From an uncultured delta proteobacterium (GTDB lineage: Bacteria > Desulfobacterota > BSN033 > UBA1163), in assembly GCA_963827685.1 (NCBI GenBank), contig CAWHBU010000002.1, positions 672,001 through 736,000 on the forward strand: 64,000 nt of DNA, given 5' to 3'. The position numbers and the translations under genes were made by a program. The notes beneath the pieces were generated by a model. It saw only the letters and a list, made by a program, of their open reading frames with translations. It was not told the origin of the DNA and did no database searches. The number at the start of each line of letters is the position of its first letter. The first letter of the stretch is position 1. Below are positions 19,600 to 29,032 of the stretch, one piece after another.

Positions 19600-20151
19600 T
19601 TCCTTCTTCTTTGGGTTTTCTAAAATCGGAGAAAGCAGAGCGTGCACGACGACATCGTTGTACCAGGAGCACACACTTCGACAAAGCGTGATCTCAGAGT
19701 CGGAAATTAGAAATTCATCCAGCCGCTTTGGGTGGGTCACGCGGTTTCGCACTTCTATTGCGTGCAGAAAATCATTCCATGGTTTTGTTCCGACCTGCAG
19801 GTCCACGGATCCCGAGAACACTCGGTTCACGATTTTGTGGGTGAACCTCAGATTTTCTGGCAGGCGCAGGAACTTATCTGACTTACGTATATCTCCATTG
19901 GCCTTGAGGTCATAAGACACATCCCGAAGAAGGCTGTACTCACCGGTGGAGAAGAGTGGGCGCTTACTCTCCTTTGCCGCCTGCAACACCACTTGCTTTA
20001 GAATCCACACTGAACCTTCAAAGAAGGCAAATAGACTGCGTACGTATGCCCGGCGCGCAAACTGTGAATCATTGGCGTCAAGGTACTCTTCGGCGCTTCT
20101 GACGTCGTCGAGGAGGGCAATGATGGGTTTTGTAATGTCACCGATCTTCAT
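19519..20151 (-). CDS. HEPN-like protein (RNRVTH) in an integron-type cassette
   Basis: Rx4H motif; the C-terminal AEPGAAPN tail is translated attC. Confidence 0.7.
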   Translation of the reverse strand: MKIGDITKPIIALLDDVRSAEEYLDANDSQFARRAYVRSLFAFFEGSVWILKQVVLQAAKESKRPLFSTGEYSLLRDVSYDLKANGDIRKSDKFLRLPENLRFTHKIVNRVFSGSVDLQVGTKPWNDFLHAIEVRNRVTHPKRLDEFLISDSEITLCRSVCSWYNDVVVHALLSPILENPKKKEAEPGAAPNDGPATSVADSTTIEGRHR

Positions 20152-20181
20152 TTTCAGCCGAACAATAGACGAAATATCTTT

Positions 20182-20244
20182 TTTGTCCTAAGTTTCCATT
20201 TTTACCGTATCACAACGGATAGAGAGTTTCAAGCGTAAGTATTT
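20182..20244 (-). repeat. Repeat R1 copy 2 (promoter/attI-like unit)
   Basis: Matches 15591-15653; TTGAAA-17-TACGGT. Confidence 0.8.
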
Positions 20245-20522
20245 GTGAAGAAAAGAGATTTATTTTTGCTCTTTTCGTATTTGCTTTGTAATAACACGTT
20301 ATACGAAATTCGTATAACATGGGTTTATTGTCAGTCTGTATTCCCTGTTGATTTCGGATTGAAATCTGCACTACTCAGATTAAACGGTTAGATAACGAGG
20401 GAGTACTCCTTGCGAAGGATCTCGGACCACGGACTCCTTCCGCCTCGGACCTTTAGCTCTGGACACCCAATAATTTCAACCTCACCGGATTAAAAGATGA
20501 GCTACCTCCAATAGAGACGTTG

Positions 20523-21119
20523 TCAAACTCCAAACTGAAGGCTCTCTATCGCCTCCACCTTCCGGTCATCCGTGCTGTGTAGATACGCCTCTGTGGTCCG
20601 GATATGGGAATGGCCCATTAGGGCCTGGACGGTTTTGAGGTCGTTCCCCTTGTCAAGAATGGTTGTGGCGAAGGTATGACGCATCACGTGCGGATGAATC
20701 CGCTTCTGAATCAGGGCCTTCTTCGACACTGACTTGATGAGGCAGTCAACAGCCTTGGGAGTCAGGCCCTTTTCCTCGTAGGGACCATGTTTCCGGAGGG
20801 TGTTGAAAAGGGGATGTCCCGGATCTGCCCCGTTCCCGGTAGCCTTGTGATAGTCCTTTATGGCGAGGAGGGTCTCGGTCTTCAGGGGGATACGCCGGAA
20901 TCTCTTCCCCTTGCCGATAACATCAATAACAGCCTGGTTCCGGTAGGTCTTAAGATCCTCGACCTTCAGGCTACAAATTTCGGCCTTTCTTAATCCGGTG
21001 GTGAGTAGAGTGAGCAGAATGGCGTAATCACGTTTGCCTTGGAGGGTCCTTCGATCAGGGACCCGGAGAATGGCCTGGGCTTCTTCCTCGGTGAGAAATT
21101 CTGTCTCTTTCTTTTTCAT
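20523..21119 (-). CDS. Short tyrosine recombinase (catalytic domain only, resolvase-like)
   Basis: TGLRKAE, GKG, HVMRH, MGH, TEAY; 198 aa; no IntI-specific insertion apparent. Confidence 0.9.
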   Translation of the reverse strand: MKKKETEFLTEEEAQAILRVPDRRTLQGKRDYAILLTLLTTGLRKAEICSLKVEDLKTYRNQAVIDVIGKGKRFRRIPLKTETLLAIKDYHKATGNGADPGHPLFNTLRKHGPYEEKGLTPKAVDCLIKSVSKKALIQKRIHPHVMRHTFATTILDKGNDLKTVQALMGHSHIRTTEAYLHSTDDRKVEAIESLQFGV

Positions 21120-21240
21120 GGTTCAACCTCCTTCCTGGTTGAATGATCCGAGCTTTGATGGTAGATTTACTTCGAGTGGGCATCATCCCGTTCCTTCCAG
21201 CCGTGAGATGCAACTCATGGCTTTTGGGATGAAGGCTCAC

Positions 21241-21423
21241 TCACTTCTTTTTTCCCTCCTTTTTCATGTTTTTTCTTTCTTTCCTGTCCAAATATTCATC
21301 GATTGCCCGGCGAATAATCTCGGCAACCGATAGCCCTGTTTTATTGGACAATGCCTGAAGTCTTGTGATCTCTGCTTCAGTAAGATGGTAATTTACCCGC
21401 TTCATAGTCTGTATATTATACAT
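21241..21423 (-). CDS. Ribbon-helix-helix (CopG-like) protein
   Basis: KRVNYHL...GLSVAEIIRRAIDEYL. Confidence 0.8.
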   Translation of the reverse strand: MYNIQTMKRVNYHLTEAEITRLQALSNKTGLSVAEIIRRAIDEYLDRKERKNMKKEGKKK

Positions 21424-22123
21424 ACATAAATAGGATTGTCAAGAAAATTCTTTTCCAATCGATTTGTCACTATTGCAGATGGAGCTCTCGGCCACTACGC
21501 CAGCTTTCTACTCTACTGTTATCATCTTCCCACCCCAAGCTACTCCGGTGGCCAGATTTGGGTAATATTTCTGTACCTTTTGTTACCCAAATGGTGATCG
21601 AATGAGCGATAATCAAAGGGGTTTTTGGACATCAAACCTCCCATGATTTGGGTAACAAAAAATCACTTAAAGAAAAAGGAGTGGCCTCCTGTACCCCCCT
21701 CTCCTAATCCATTACCCTTTGTTTCCCTGCCTTGTCCTCCCCTACCTACCCTTCATTCGGTTGGATAGGGTGAGAGAGTTCGTTAAAGGGAGTTCCCTTT
21801 GAACAGTTCTTCCTGGAAGCAGCAACGGAAAGCTTTATTCAATTGTGCGAATTTCAACTTGTAATTCTTTATTGGATAACCACTTCCATCTTCATTCTTA
21901 ATCTGGTTCACCAAAAATTGTAAGAACGGTTTAGTGCCCTTCCTTAAATTCACACAATAAGTGGAAAGCGAAAAATTCTTTCCGTTGAATGTGAAAAATC
22001 TTTCAATTTTGAACAAAATCCGTTCTTGAATGGAGCAAGCCTGGCATTCTACGCCCTAATCGAAATTCAAATTAATTCTTAGATATAAGATAGTTATGGG
22101 GTTGAAACCTACAAATTTACTTC

Positions 22124-22140
22124 TTGGCATATATTTCGCA
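22124..22140 (+). promoter_or_regulatory. Putative sigma54 promoter
   Basis: TTGGCATATATTTCGCA, GG-N10-GC. Confidence 0.55.
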
Positions 22141-22187
22141 GTCAAATTGATTAAAACTTAGAAAAAAGGAGACAATTTAGGGGTTTA

Positions 22188-22361
22188 ATGGACGAGGACG
22201 TGGTTTTAACAACCCAAGAAGCCATCGAATATTTAAGAATCTCCAAACCCACCTTTCTGAAATATATCCGCCTTGGAAGAATCAATGCCGTTAAAGCGGG
22301 AAACGGCTGGAGAATCCACAAAGCCGAATTACATCGATTTCTAAAGCTAGGGGAGAAGTAA
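22188..22361 (+). CDS. Excisionase-like HTH protein (57 aa, not in the ORF track)
   Basis: MDEDVVLTTQEAIEYLRISKPTFLKYIRLGRINAVKAGNGWRI. Confidence 0.8.
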   Translation: MDEDVVLTTQEAIEYLRISKPTFLKYIRLGRINAVKAGNGWRIHKAELHRFLKLGEK

Positions 22362-22395
22362 CAAGGCCAATGCCTATTGATCGGAGTAAATTAAG

Positions 22396-25300
22396 ATGAG
22401 AGCTCAAAGCAAGACAAAGGGGCAACCTATGAAAGAATTAAACAAACCACGCCAACGAATCATTGAGCAGGATCGATTGGAAGATAGGAGAAAACAGGCA
22501 GAAGAGGCGTTGCGGGAGAGTGAGAATTACTATAGAACACTACTCGAAAACTTACCACAAAAAATATTTCTAAAAGATGAGAATTCAGTCTATTTATCCT
22601 GCAATGAAAACTACTCTCGGGATCTAAAAATCAGGCCCGATGAAATCACGGGGAAGATAGACTATGATTTTTATCCCAAGGAATTGGCCAAAAAATACCG
22701 GGCAGACGATAAAAGAATTATGGAGTCTGGAAAAACAGAAGATATCGAAGAGAGATATATCCAGGATGGAAAGGAGGTGATTGTCCATACAGTCAAAACG
22801 CCGATCAAAGATGAGAAAGGCAAAATCGTTTGTATATTAGGTATTTTCTGGGATATCACGGAACGCAAACATGCGGACGATGAATTGAAGAAATACCGTG
22901 AGCGCCTTGAGGAGCTGGTAGAAGAACGTACAGCTGAACTGAGAAATGCTAATGAACAGCTTCAACGAGAAATCAACGAACGCATGCGTACGGAGGAAGT
23001 GCTGCGAGAATACCAAAGAGCTGTTGAAGGTTCACAAGATATCATCGCTGTTGTCGATCAAAACTACAACTACCTACTTGTAAACAATGCCTTCCTCAAA
23101 TATCGAGGCATGGACAGAGAGCAGGTTATAGGGCGATCAGTTGCTGGAGTATTGGGTAAAGATTTTTTTGAGAGGGTTGTTAGGAAGCACTTAGATACCT
23201 GTCTTCAAGGTGAAGTTGTCCATTATGAGATGAATTACACGTATCCTAAGTTCGGTGAAAGGGATTTGCTGGTGTCGTATTTTCCTATCGAAGGTCCCGA
23301 TGGTGTCAATAGAGTAGCGAGTGTCATAAGCGACATCACCGAGCGTAAACGGACGGAGGATGCGTTGCGTGAAGGCGAGAAGAGATACCGCGCTCTTTTC
23401 GAGGGGTCTAGAGATGCGATCTATGTCACCGCTCGGGAGGGAGAGATCGTCGATGCCAACCCATCTATGGTAGATCTTTTCGGATATTGCAGGGAAGAGA
23501 TAATCGGCCTCAACGCCCGGAGGATGTATGTTGACCCCGAGGATCGGAGAAAGTTTCAGCAGCAGATAGAGCGGGAGGGATTTGTTAGAGATTATGAGAT
23601 AAAGTTACGCAAGAAAGACGGAATACAGATGGAGTGCCTGCTTACTGCGACTGTGCGGCGGGCCGATGCCGGTACCATTGTCGGATACCAGGGCATCATT
23701 CGTGACGTTACCGAGCTCAAGCAAATTGTGAATGAGCTACAGACCGAGAAACAAAGATTTCAAACTCTATCAGAGAATGCTCCGTTCGGGATGGTGATGA
23801 TTGATAAAGATGGCACCTTCAGATACATGAACCCTAAGTTTAGAGAATTATTCGGTTATGATTTAAATGATGTTCCTGATGGAAGAACCTGGTTTAGAAA
23901 AGCATACCCTGACCCAACCTACAGACATAATGTTATCTCCACCTGGGTTAATGACTTAGACAGTTCCAACCGAGGAGAAAAAAGGCCGAGGACTTTTACA
24001 GTGACCTGCAAAGACGGAACGGAAAAGATCATCAATTTTACTCCTGTGCAATTGGAGACAGGCGAAAATTTGATGGCTTGTGAGGACATCACTGAGCGAA
24101 AGCGAGCGGAGGAGGCACTCCGAGAAAGCGAAGAGAAATATAGAAGTATTCTTGAAAACATCCAGGACGGTTATATCGAGGTTGACCTTGCTGGTAATTT
24201 TACCTTCGTTAATGGTGTGGTCTGCAGACGTCTCGGATATTCCAGAGAGGAATTGATTGGAATGAACAACCGGCAGTATACAGATGAAACAACCGCTAAG
24301 AAAGCGTATCAGCTCTACAACAGAGTCTACAGAACAGGGGAACCAGTTAGGAACTTTGAGGAGGAAGTTATCAGAAAAGACGGGACTAGATGGATTTACG
24401 AACTTTCGGTATCTCTTATAAGGAACCCAGAAGGGAAACCGATTGGATTCCGAGGTATTTCTCGAGACATTACCGAGCGCAAACGTGCGGAGAAAGAAAT
24501 GGCAGCCCTTCAAGAACAGCTTCGGGAGTCTCAGAAGATGGAAGCCATTGGTCGCTTAGCGGGTGGCATTGCCCATGATTTCAATAATCTCCTTACCGTC
24601 ATCAAGGGCTACAGCCAACTCTCCCTTATGGAACTCAAAGAAGGTGATCCCTTGAGGGGAAACATCGAGGAGATCCAAAAAGGCTCCCAACGGGCGGCGG
24701 ATCTTACACGTCAGCTTCTGGCCTTCAGCCGGCGTCAGGTGATGGAGATGAAGGTACTTGATCTGAACACTCTTTTGAGAGATTTGGACAAGATGCTCCG
24801 CCGAATTATCGGTGAGGACATCGAATTGACCACTCTTTTGGCTAATGATCTGGGAAGGGTCAAGATCGACCCAGGGCAGATTGAACAGGTGATCATGAAT
24901 CTTGCAGTCAATGCGAAGGATGCGATGCCCTCCGGAGGGAAACTTACCATTGAGACGACCAATGCGGAGTTGGATGAATCCTATGCTCGTAATCATGCGG
25001 ATGTGAAACCTGGTCGCTATGTCATGTTCTCAGTGAGTGACACAGGGTTGGGGATGACTCCGGAAGTCAGGGAACGCCTCTTTGAGCCATTCTTTACAAC
25101 GAAGCAAAAGGGCAGAGGGACCGGATTAGGTCTCTCCACGGTCTATGGGATTGTGAAGCAGAGCGGAGGGAACATCTGGGTATATAGCGAACCCGGTCAT
25201 GGGACGACGTTTAAGATTTACCTTTCGAGGGTCGATGAGCCCTTGGAGCAATTGAGAGAGAAGACGACGAGGGAGGAACTTCTTCGTGGGAGTGAAACGG

Positions 25301-25656
25301 TTTTGGTGGTGGAGGATGAAGAGAAAGTTCGTAAGCTGACTGTGGAAATTCTTGGGAGGCAAGGGTACAGCGTTTTAGACGCGTCTCAAGGAGATGATGC
25401 TTTGGCTATTTCTGAGAAGCACAAGGGTCCGATTCATCTAATCTTGGTCGATGTTGTTATGCCTGGGATAAGCGGTACTGAGTTAACCAAACGCCTAGCG
25501 TTCCTTCGTCCAGAGACAAAGATACTCTATATGTCGGGCTACACAGACAATGCTATAGTTCATCATGGGGTCCTGGAGAAAGGAGTGAATTACATCCAGA
25601 AACCTTTTACGATAGACGAGCTAACTCGAAAGGTGAGGGAAGCGCTGGATAAATAA
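22396..25656 (+). CDS. Multi-PAS hybrid sensor histidine kinase
   Basis: Five PAS/PAC repeats (DITERK), GGIAHDFNNLL, HATPase boxes, C-terminal receiver. Confidence 0.95.
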   Translation: MRAQSKTKGQPMKELNKPRQRIIEQDRLEDRRKQAEEALRESENYYRTLLENLPQKIFLKDENSVYLSCNENYSRDLKIRPDEITGKIDYDFYPKELAKKYRADDKRIMESGKTEDIEERYIQDGKEVIVHTVKTPIKDEKGKIVCILGIFWDITERKHADDELKKYRERLEELVEERTAELRNANEQLQREINERMRTEEVLREYQRAVEGSQDIIAVVDQNYNYLLVNNAFLKYRGMDREQVIGRSVAGVLGKDFFERVVRKHLDTCLQGEVVHYEMNYTYPKFGERDLLVSYFPIEGPDGVNRVASVISDITERKRTEDALREGEKRYRALFEGSRDAIYVTAREGEIVDANPSMVDLFGYCREEIIGLNARRMYVDPEDRRKFQQQIEREGFVRDYEIKLRKKDGIQMECLLTATVRRADAGTIVGYQGIIRDVTELKQIVNELQTEKQRFQTLSENAPFGMVMIDKDGTFRYMNPKFRELFGYDLNDVPDGRTWFRKAYPDPTYRHNVISTWVNDLDSSNRGEKRPRTFTVTCKDGTEKIINFTPVQLETGENLMACEDITERKRAEEALRESEEKYRSILENIQDGYIEVDLAGNFTFVNGVVCRRLGYSREELIGMNNRQYTDETTAKKAYQLYNRVYRTGEPVRNFEEEVIRKDGTRWIYELSVSLIRNPEGKPIGFRGISRDITERKRAEKEMAALQEQLRESQKMEAIGRLAGGIAHDFNNLLTVIKGYSQLSLMELKEGDPLRGNIEEIQKGSQRAADLTRQLLAFSRRQVMEMKVLDLNTLLRDLDKMLRRIIGEDIELTTLLANDLGRVKIDPGQIEQVIMNLAVNAKDAMPSGGKLTIETTNAELDESYARNHADVKPGRYVMFSVSDTGLGMTPEVRERLFEPFFTTKQKGRGTGLGLSTVYGIVKQSGGNIWVYSEPGHGTTFKIYLSRVDEPLEQLREKTTREELLRGSETVLVVEDEEKVRKLTVEILGRQGYSVLDASQGDDALAISEKHKGPIHLILVDVVMPGISGTELTKRLAFLRPETKILYMSGYTDNAIVHHGVLEKGVNYIQKPFTIDELTRKVREALDK

Positions 25657-25665
25657 TATTGCAGA

Positions 25666-26598
25666 TTGAAAGAATTAAAGGCGATAAAAGAAGAATTATC
25701 GAATTTGAAGATGTTAGATAGCTTAAATATGAAACCCTTCCATTATAAAGTTCTTGTGGTGGATGATGAGGAACCAGTGAAGAGATTAATTGTGACTTTA
25801 TTATCTCAAAAGGGACATCAATGTATAGCCGCAGGTAGCGGTCTTGAGGCCCTGGAAAAAATTGAGAAAAACAAATTTGATGCTGTAGTCGCTGACATTG
25901 TCATGCCTGAAATGGACGGGCTTACCCTAACGAGAGAACTTTCAAAACATGATCAAAGCCCCCCTGTGATGATCATGACAGGGCATGCGGATGAATATTC
26001 AGCAGAAGATGCTATTGCTCTGGGGGCACGAGAATTTATTAACAAACCATTCTCGATTGCAGAATTTATTATCCGATTTTATAAAATGATGCATGACCAC
26101 AGAGGAGAGGAGGCGTTGCTGGCTCTATCCCTCACGGATGAACTTACAGGTTTGTATAATCGGCGAAGATTCTTTGTTTTGACAGACCAGTGTTTAAAGG
26201 TAGCCGTTCGGACAAAGAAAAGGCCGTTGCTCCTTTTCATCGATATGGATAACTTAAAATGGATTAACGACCACTACGGACATAATGAAGGAGACCAAGC
26301 ACTAATAGGCCTTGCCGATATCCTGAAACAGACCTTTCGTGAGTCTGATATTATTGCTCGGATTGGAGGAGATGAATTTGTAGTTCTATTGGAATCCACT
26401 GATGAGAACAGTGAGACAACGATAACTCGCTTGCATGAAAATGTGAGAGATTATAACGCCCAGAGGTCCAAATATACACTATCGATTAGCTTGGGAACTG
26501 CTCAATTTGATCCTGAATACCCTATTTCGATAGATGAACTCCTTTCTAAGGCGGACGCCTTGATGTATGCCCAGAAACGGAGAAGGTGGAGGGGTTAA
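25666..26598 (+). CDS. Response regulator diguanylate cyclase
   Basis: Receiver domain, then GGDEF with RESD I-site. Confidence 0.93.
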   Translation: MKELKAIKEELSNLKMLDSLNMKPFHYKVLVVDDEEPVKRLIVTLLSQKGHQCIAAGSGLEALEKIEKNKFDAVVADIVMPEMDGLTLTRELSKHDQSPPVMIMTGHADEYSAEDAIALGAREFINKPFSIAEFIIRFYKMMHDHRGEEALLALSLTDELTGLYNRRRFFVLTDQCLKVAVRTKKRPLLLFIDMDNLKWINDHYGHNEGDQALIGLADILKQTFRESDIIARIGGDEFVVLLESTDENSETTITRLHENVRDYNAQRSKYTLSISLGTAQFDPEYPISIDELLSKADALMYAQKRRRWRG

Positions 26599-26849
26599 CA
26601 AATCGGAGAATTTATCGGAAACTCCAGGGGATCAGAGTAAAGGGATGGCCGATTTAATATTAAAATTAGCGAAGGGAATTCTTCAAAGAAACCATGGGAT
26701 GATGGTGGAAACCCACGGGAAAAGATCGGAGACTCTCATTGCTCTGAGATTCCCCATTGCGAGAAGAAAAGTAGGCTATTATGAACCGATTGCCCTATGA
26801 AATAAGATGCAAATTTAGTAATAGAAAAACCTGAGGGCACAAGGAAACA

Positions 26850-27269
26850 TTGGAAGGATCATTTAACAAAAGAGAGAGAAGAAGCTATCCCAGGTTTATT
26901 GTTGATTTGCCTCTTGAATATCGGGATATGGATGGATCGTGTTTGCGTGGAGGGGTTCTTGTCAATGCAAGCGAGGGAGGCTTTCTTATCGAAGCAGTCA
27001 GAGACATCTCTGTTGGTACGGAATTAAATATTACTGTCCTGTTCCCAAAGGGGTTTGAATTGGCTAACTTCAAAGTGGTGGCGAAGATTGTGCGGAAGGA
27101 ACCTTATTGGAAAGAAGACTTGAAAGGAAACCAGTATTGGGAGGGATATCGGTATGGATTAGAATTGATCCAGATATTGGATGAGGATCGTTGGAAACTA
27201 AACCTCCTTCTTGGTGGCCGATTTGGATCTGAGGAGATTTCCCCCAGTCTACGCAGTCAGCATTATTAG
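26850..27269 (+). CDS. PilZ domain protein
   Basis: ERRSYPR and NASEGG motifs. Confidence 0.85.
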   Translation: MEGSFNKRERRSYPRFIVDLPLEYRDMDGSCLRGGVLVNASEGGFLIEAVRDISVGTELNITVLFPKGFELANFKVVAKIVRKEPYWKEDLKGNQYWEGYRYGLELIQILDEDRWKLNLLLGGRFGSEEISPSLRSQHY

Positions 27270-27283
27270 GAGTTTGGGTGCAG

Positions 27284-27427
27284 ATGGAAAAGGTTAAAGT
27301 TGTTGTGCAATTTAGCGATGGTAAGTTAATCAAGGGTTTTACTCAAGATTTTTTTCCGAATAAGGAACGTTTTCATCTTATTCCAGCTAATAACCCCCCT
27401 GGCGGGGCGAACAGGCAAGAAGGATAA
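27284..27427 (+). pseudogene. Truncated fragment of a conserved deltaproteobacterial protein (DUF6982-like)
   Basis: MEKVKVVVQFSDGKLIKGFTQDFFPNKERFHL, stops after 47 aa. Confidence 0.55.
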
Positions 27428-28100
27428 TCCAGACTCTTGATGGATGTTGTGGGGGAACAAAAAGCGTTGAGATCAAGAAGGCAATCCAGGAGTGGGGACA
27501 AAAGGTTGGAAAAATGTGAACCTCCGTGCTTTAGGAAAGGTATTCTTGATTCAATTTTTCTTCGCTGCTAAGTTCACCACATGCTCGCTTTCAATCGGAA
27601 ATCTTCACTTCTCAAAACAACTCTATCCACACTCTTTGTAGGTGAAGGTTTCAAATTCGGCTTGTGACCGGCGGGATTTGGAAAAAAGAGGACTTCTTCC
27701 TGTAATCTTGTTTTTCGATTTCTGCCCTTCTATGCAACATTACAAAGGGAAATCAGCAATATGAGGTAAATTATGGACGGAATTTTCCCCTTGATTTTCC
27801 ATGCACATGAGAGTATGTTGTATTTATAGTATTTCCCACCTGGCCCTAATTAACTTTACAACTTAACCTCTAACCTTCTTGGGTGCCGTATGAAGAGGAG
27901 ATTCCAGAAGGTGCCCCTATTTCGGTTCCAAAGGGATTCTTATGCCCCTTGGAGCCTTTTTAATTTTTAGATTCTTTTAATGTGTTAGGGGTCCTCCTAT
28001 TAACTCTACTCACAAATTGTGCCCTGACAATCGGGATTAAAAAAAAGGGAGGGGACTTCCGTTTTATCGGGGTTGATCGAATGAAAGGAGGTCGGTGCAA

Positions 28101-28808
28101 ATGAGGGAATTAAGCAAGTTGGACAGGACCTATAATTTCATCCTGAGACGTATGACGGAGACTGGCCAAGCGCCTTTTTATACGGAAATTGCCGCTGAGT
28201 TGAGGGTTTCCGTGGAAGAAGGTCGTAAAGCCCTCCATGATCTCTTTGGAGCGGGAATTCCTGGTTGGCTATTTCCGAATACAGACCTTATCGCTTCTTT
28301 TGCCCCCTTCAACAATCTTCCCAACCAGTACCGGATCACCGTCGAAGGGCAACAGAAGTGGTTTGGTCAGTGAGGGTTTGAGTCGCTGGCGGTCAGCTGG
28401 CTCTTCAAAAGAAAAACAGTGCGGATCGATGCTCCATGTCTTGATTGCGGATCACCCATCCGGGTGGAGATGAAAGATGGTATAATTAAAAATACTGAGC
28501 CCAAAGGGCTGATAGGATACACGTCTGTACCTTTTAAGGAATGGTTCAAAGACCTTCCTTATAGCTGAAGTACCATGAATCTCTTCCGGTCGGAAGAGCA
28601 CATTCGTAATTGGAGCGGTTTCAAATCGGGTACTGAAGAAGGGATCGTTGAATTGTCGGCCGTGGCTAAACTTTTTTCGATTGATGGTTTTAAGAGGCGT
28701 TTGGACCCGGATTATGTTTCCAATTATCAGAAGTATTTAAAGGAATTCATCTCTGCCCTTGGAGAGATGGGGAAAATCCGCCCATTCTGGTCACCGCCGG
28801 GTCCGTAA
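28101..28808 (+). CDS. MerB (organomercurial lyase)-like protein with two in-frame TGA read as selenocysteine (235 aa, U91 and U156)
   Basis: One frame through TGA 28371 and TGA 28566: N-terminal HTH, FAPF, WFGQ-U-GFE, PCLDCG, YS-U-STMNLFRSEEH; hairpin after each TGA. Confidence 0.85.
28380..28403 (+). promoter_or_regulatory. SECIS-like hairpin 1
   Basis: GAGUCGCUGG-CGG-UCAGC(U)GGCUC; loop 16 nt after UGA. Confidence 0.7.
28575..28607 (+). promoter_or_regulatory. SECIS-like hairpin 2
   Basis: AUGAAU-CUCUUCC-GGUC-GGAAGAG-(CAC)-AUUCGU; G-starting loop 19 nt after UGA. Confidence 0.78.
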
Positions 28809-28838
28809 CGGTGCGTGATTAGTTTTTACTTAATTACT

Positions 28839-28871
28839 GGCGGGGTCAGAAATGGCCCTGCCTCCCTTTTT
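28839..28871 (+). terminator. Probable intrinsic terminator after the MerB-like gene
   Basis: GGCGGGGTCA-GAAA-TGGCCCTGCC then TCCCTTTTT. Confidence 0.6.
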
Positions 28872-29032
28872 GGCTTATGCTTGCTTTCTATTGGTAATCG
28901 TCAGCCTTGAAGATTATCTTGGACCGAAGAGTAGGTAGGTGCTATACGTAACAAAAAGGTGATTGAAAGTTAAGCTTATCAGGTTCATCATCTATCTGTA
29001 TTTCCTATTGATTCAAAGGAAAGGAGATAGAG

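Noticed and set aside
15591-20244. CRISPR array from the dispersed repeats
   Set aside because: Only two copies per family, 60+ bp long, separated by whole genes; no cas genes
20298-20318. loxP site
   Set aside because: Shares the TATACGAA/TTCGTATA words, but arm order and spacer do not match loxP
20523-21119. Integron integrase IntI
   Set aside because: Only 198 aa, with no N-terminal domain and no IntI-specific insertion
27880-27960. Riboswitch upstream of the MerB-like gene
   Set aside because: A hairpin (GGTTCCAAAGGG/CCCTTGGAGCC plus a T run) is present but I see no recognisable aptamer; it is probably a terminator
28095-28808. Reading the MerB-like region as a pseudogene or as two or three small genes
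   Set aside because: Both stops are TGA, fall at the expected catalytic Cys columns and carry hairpins; there are no frameshifts
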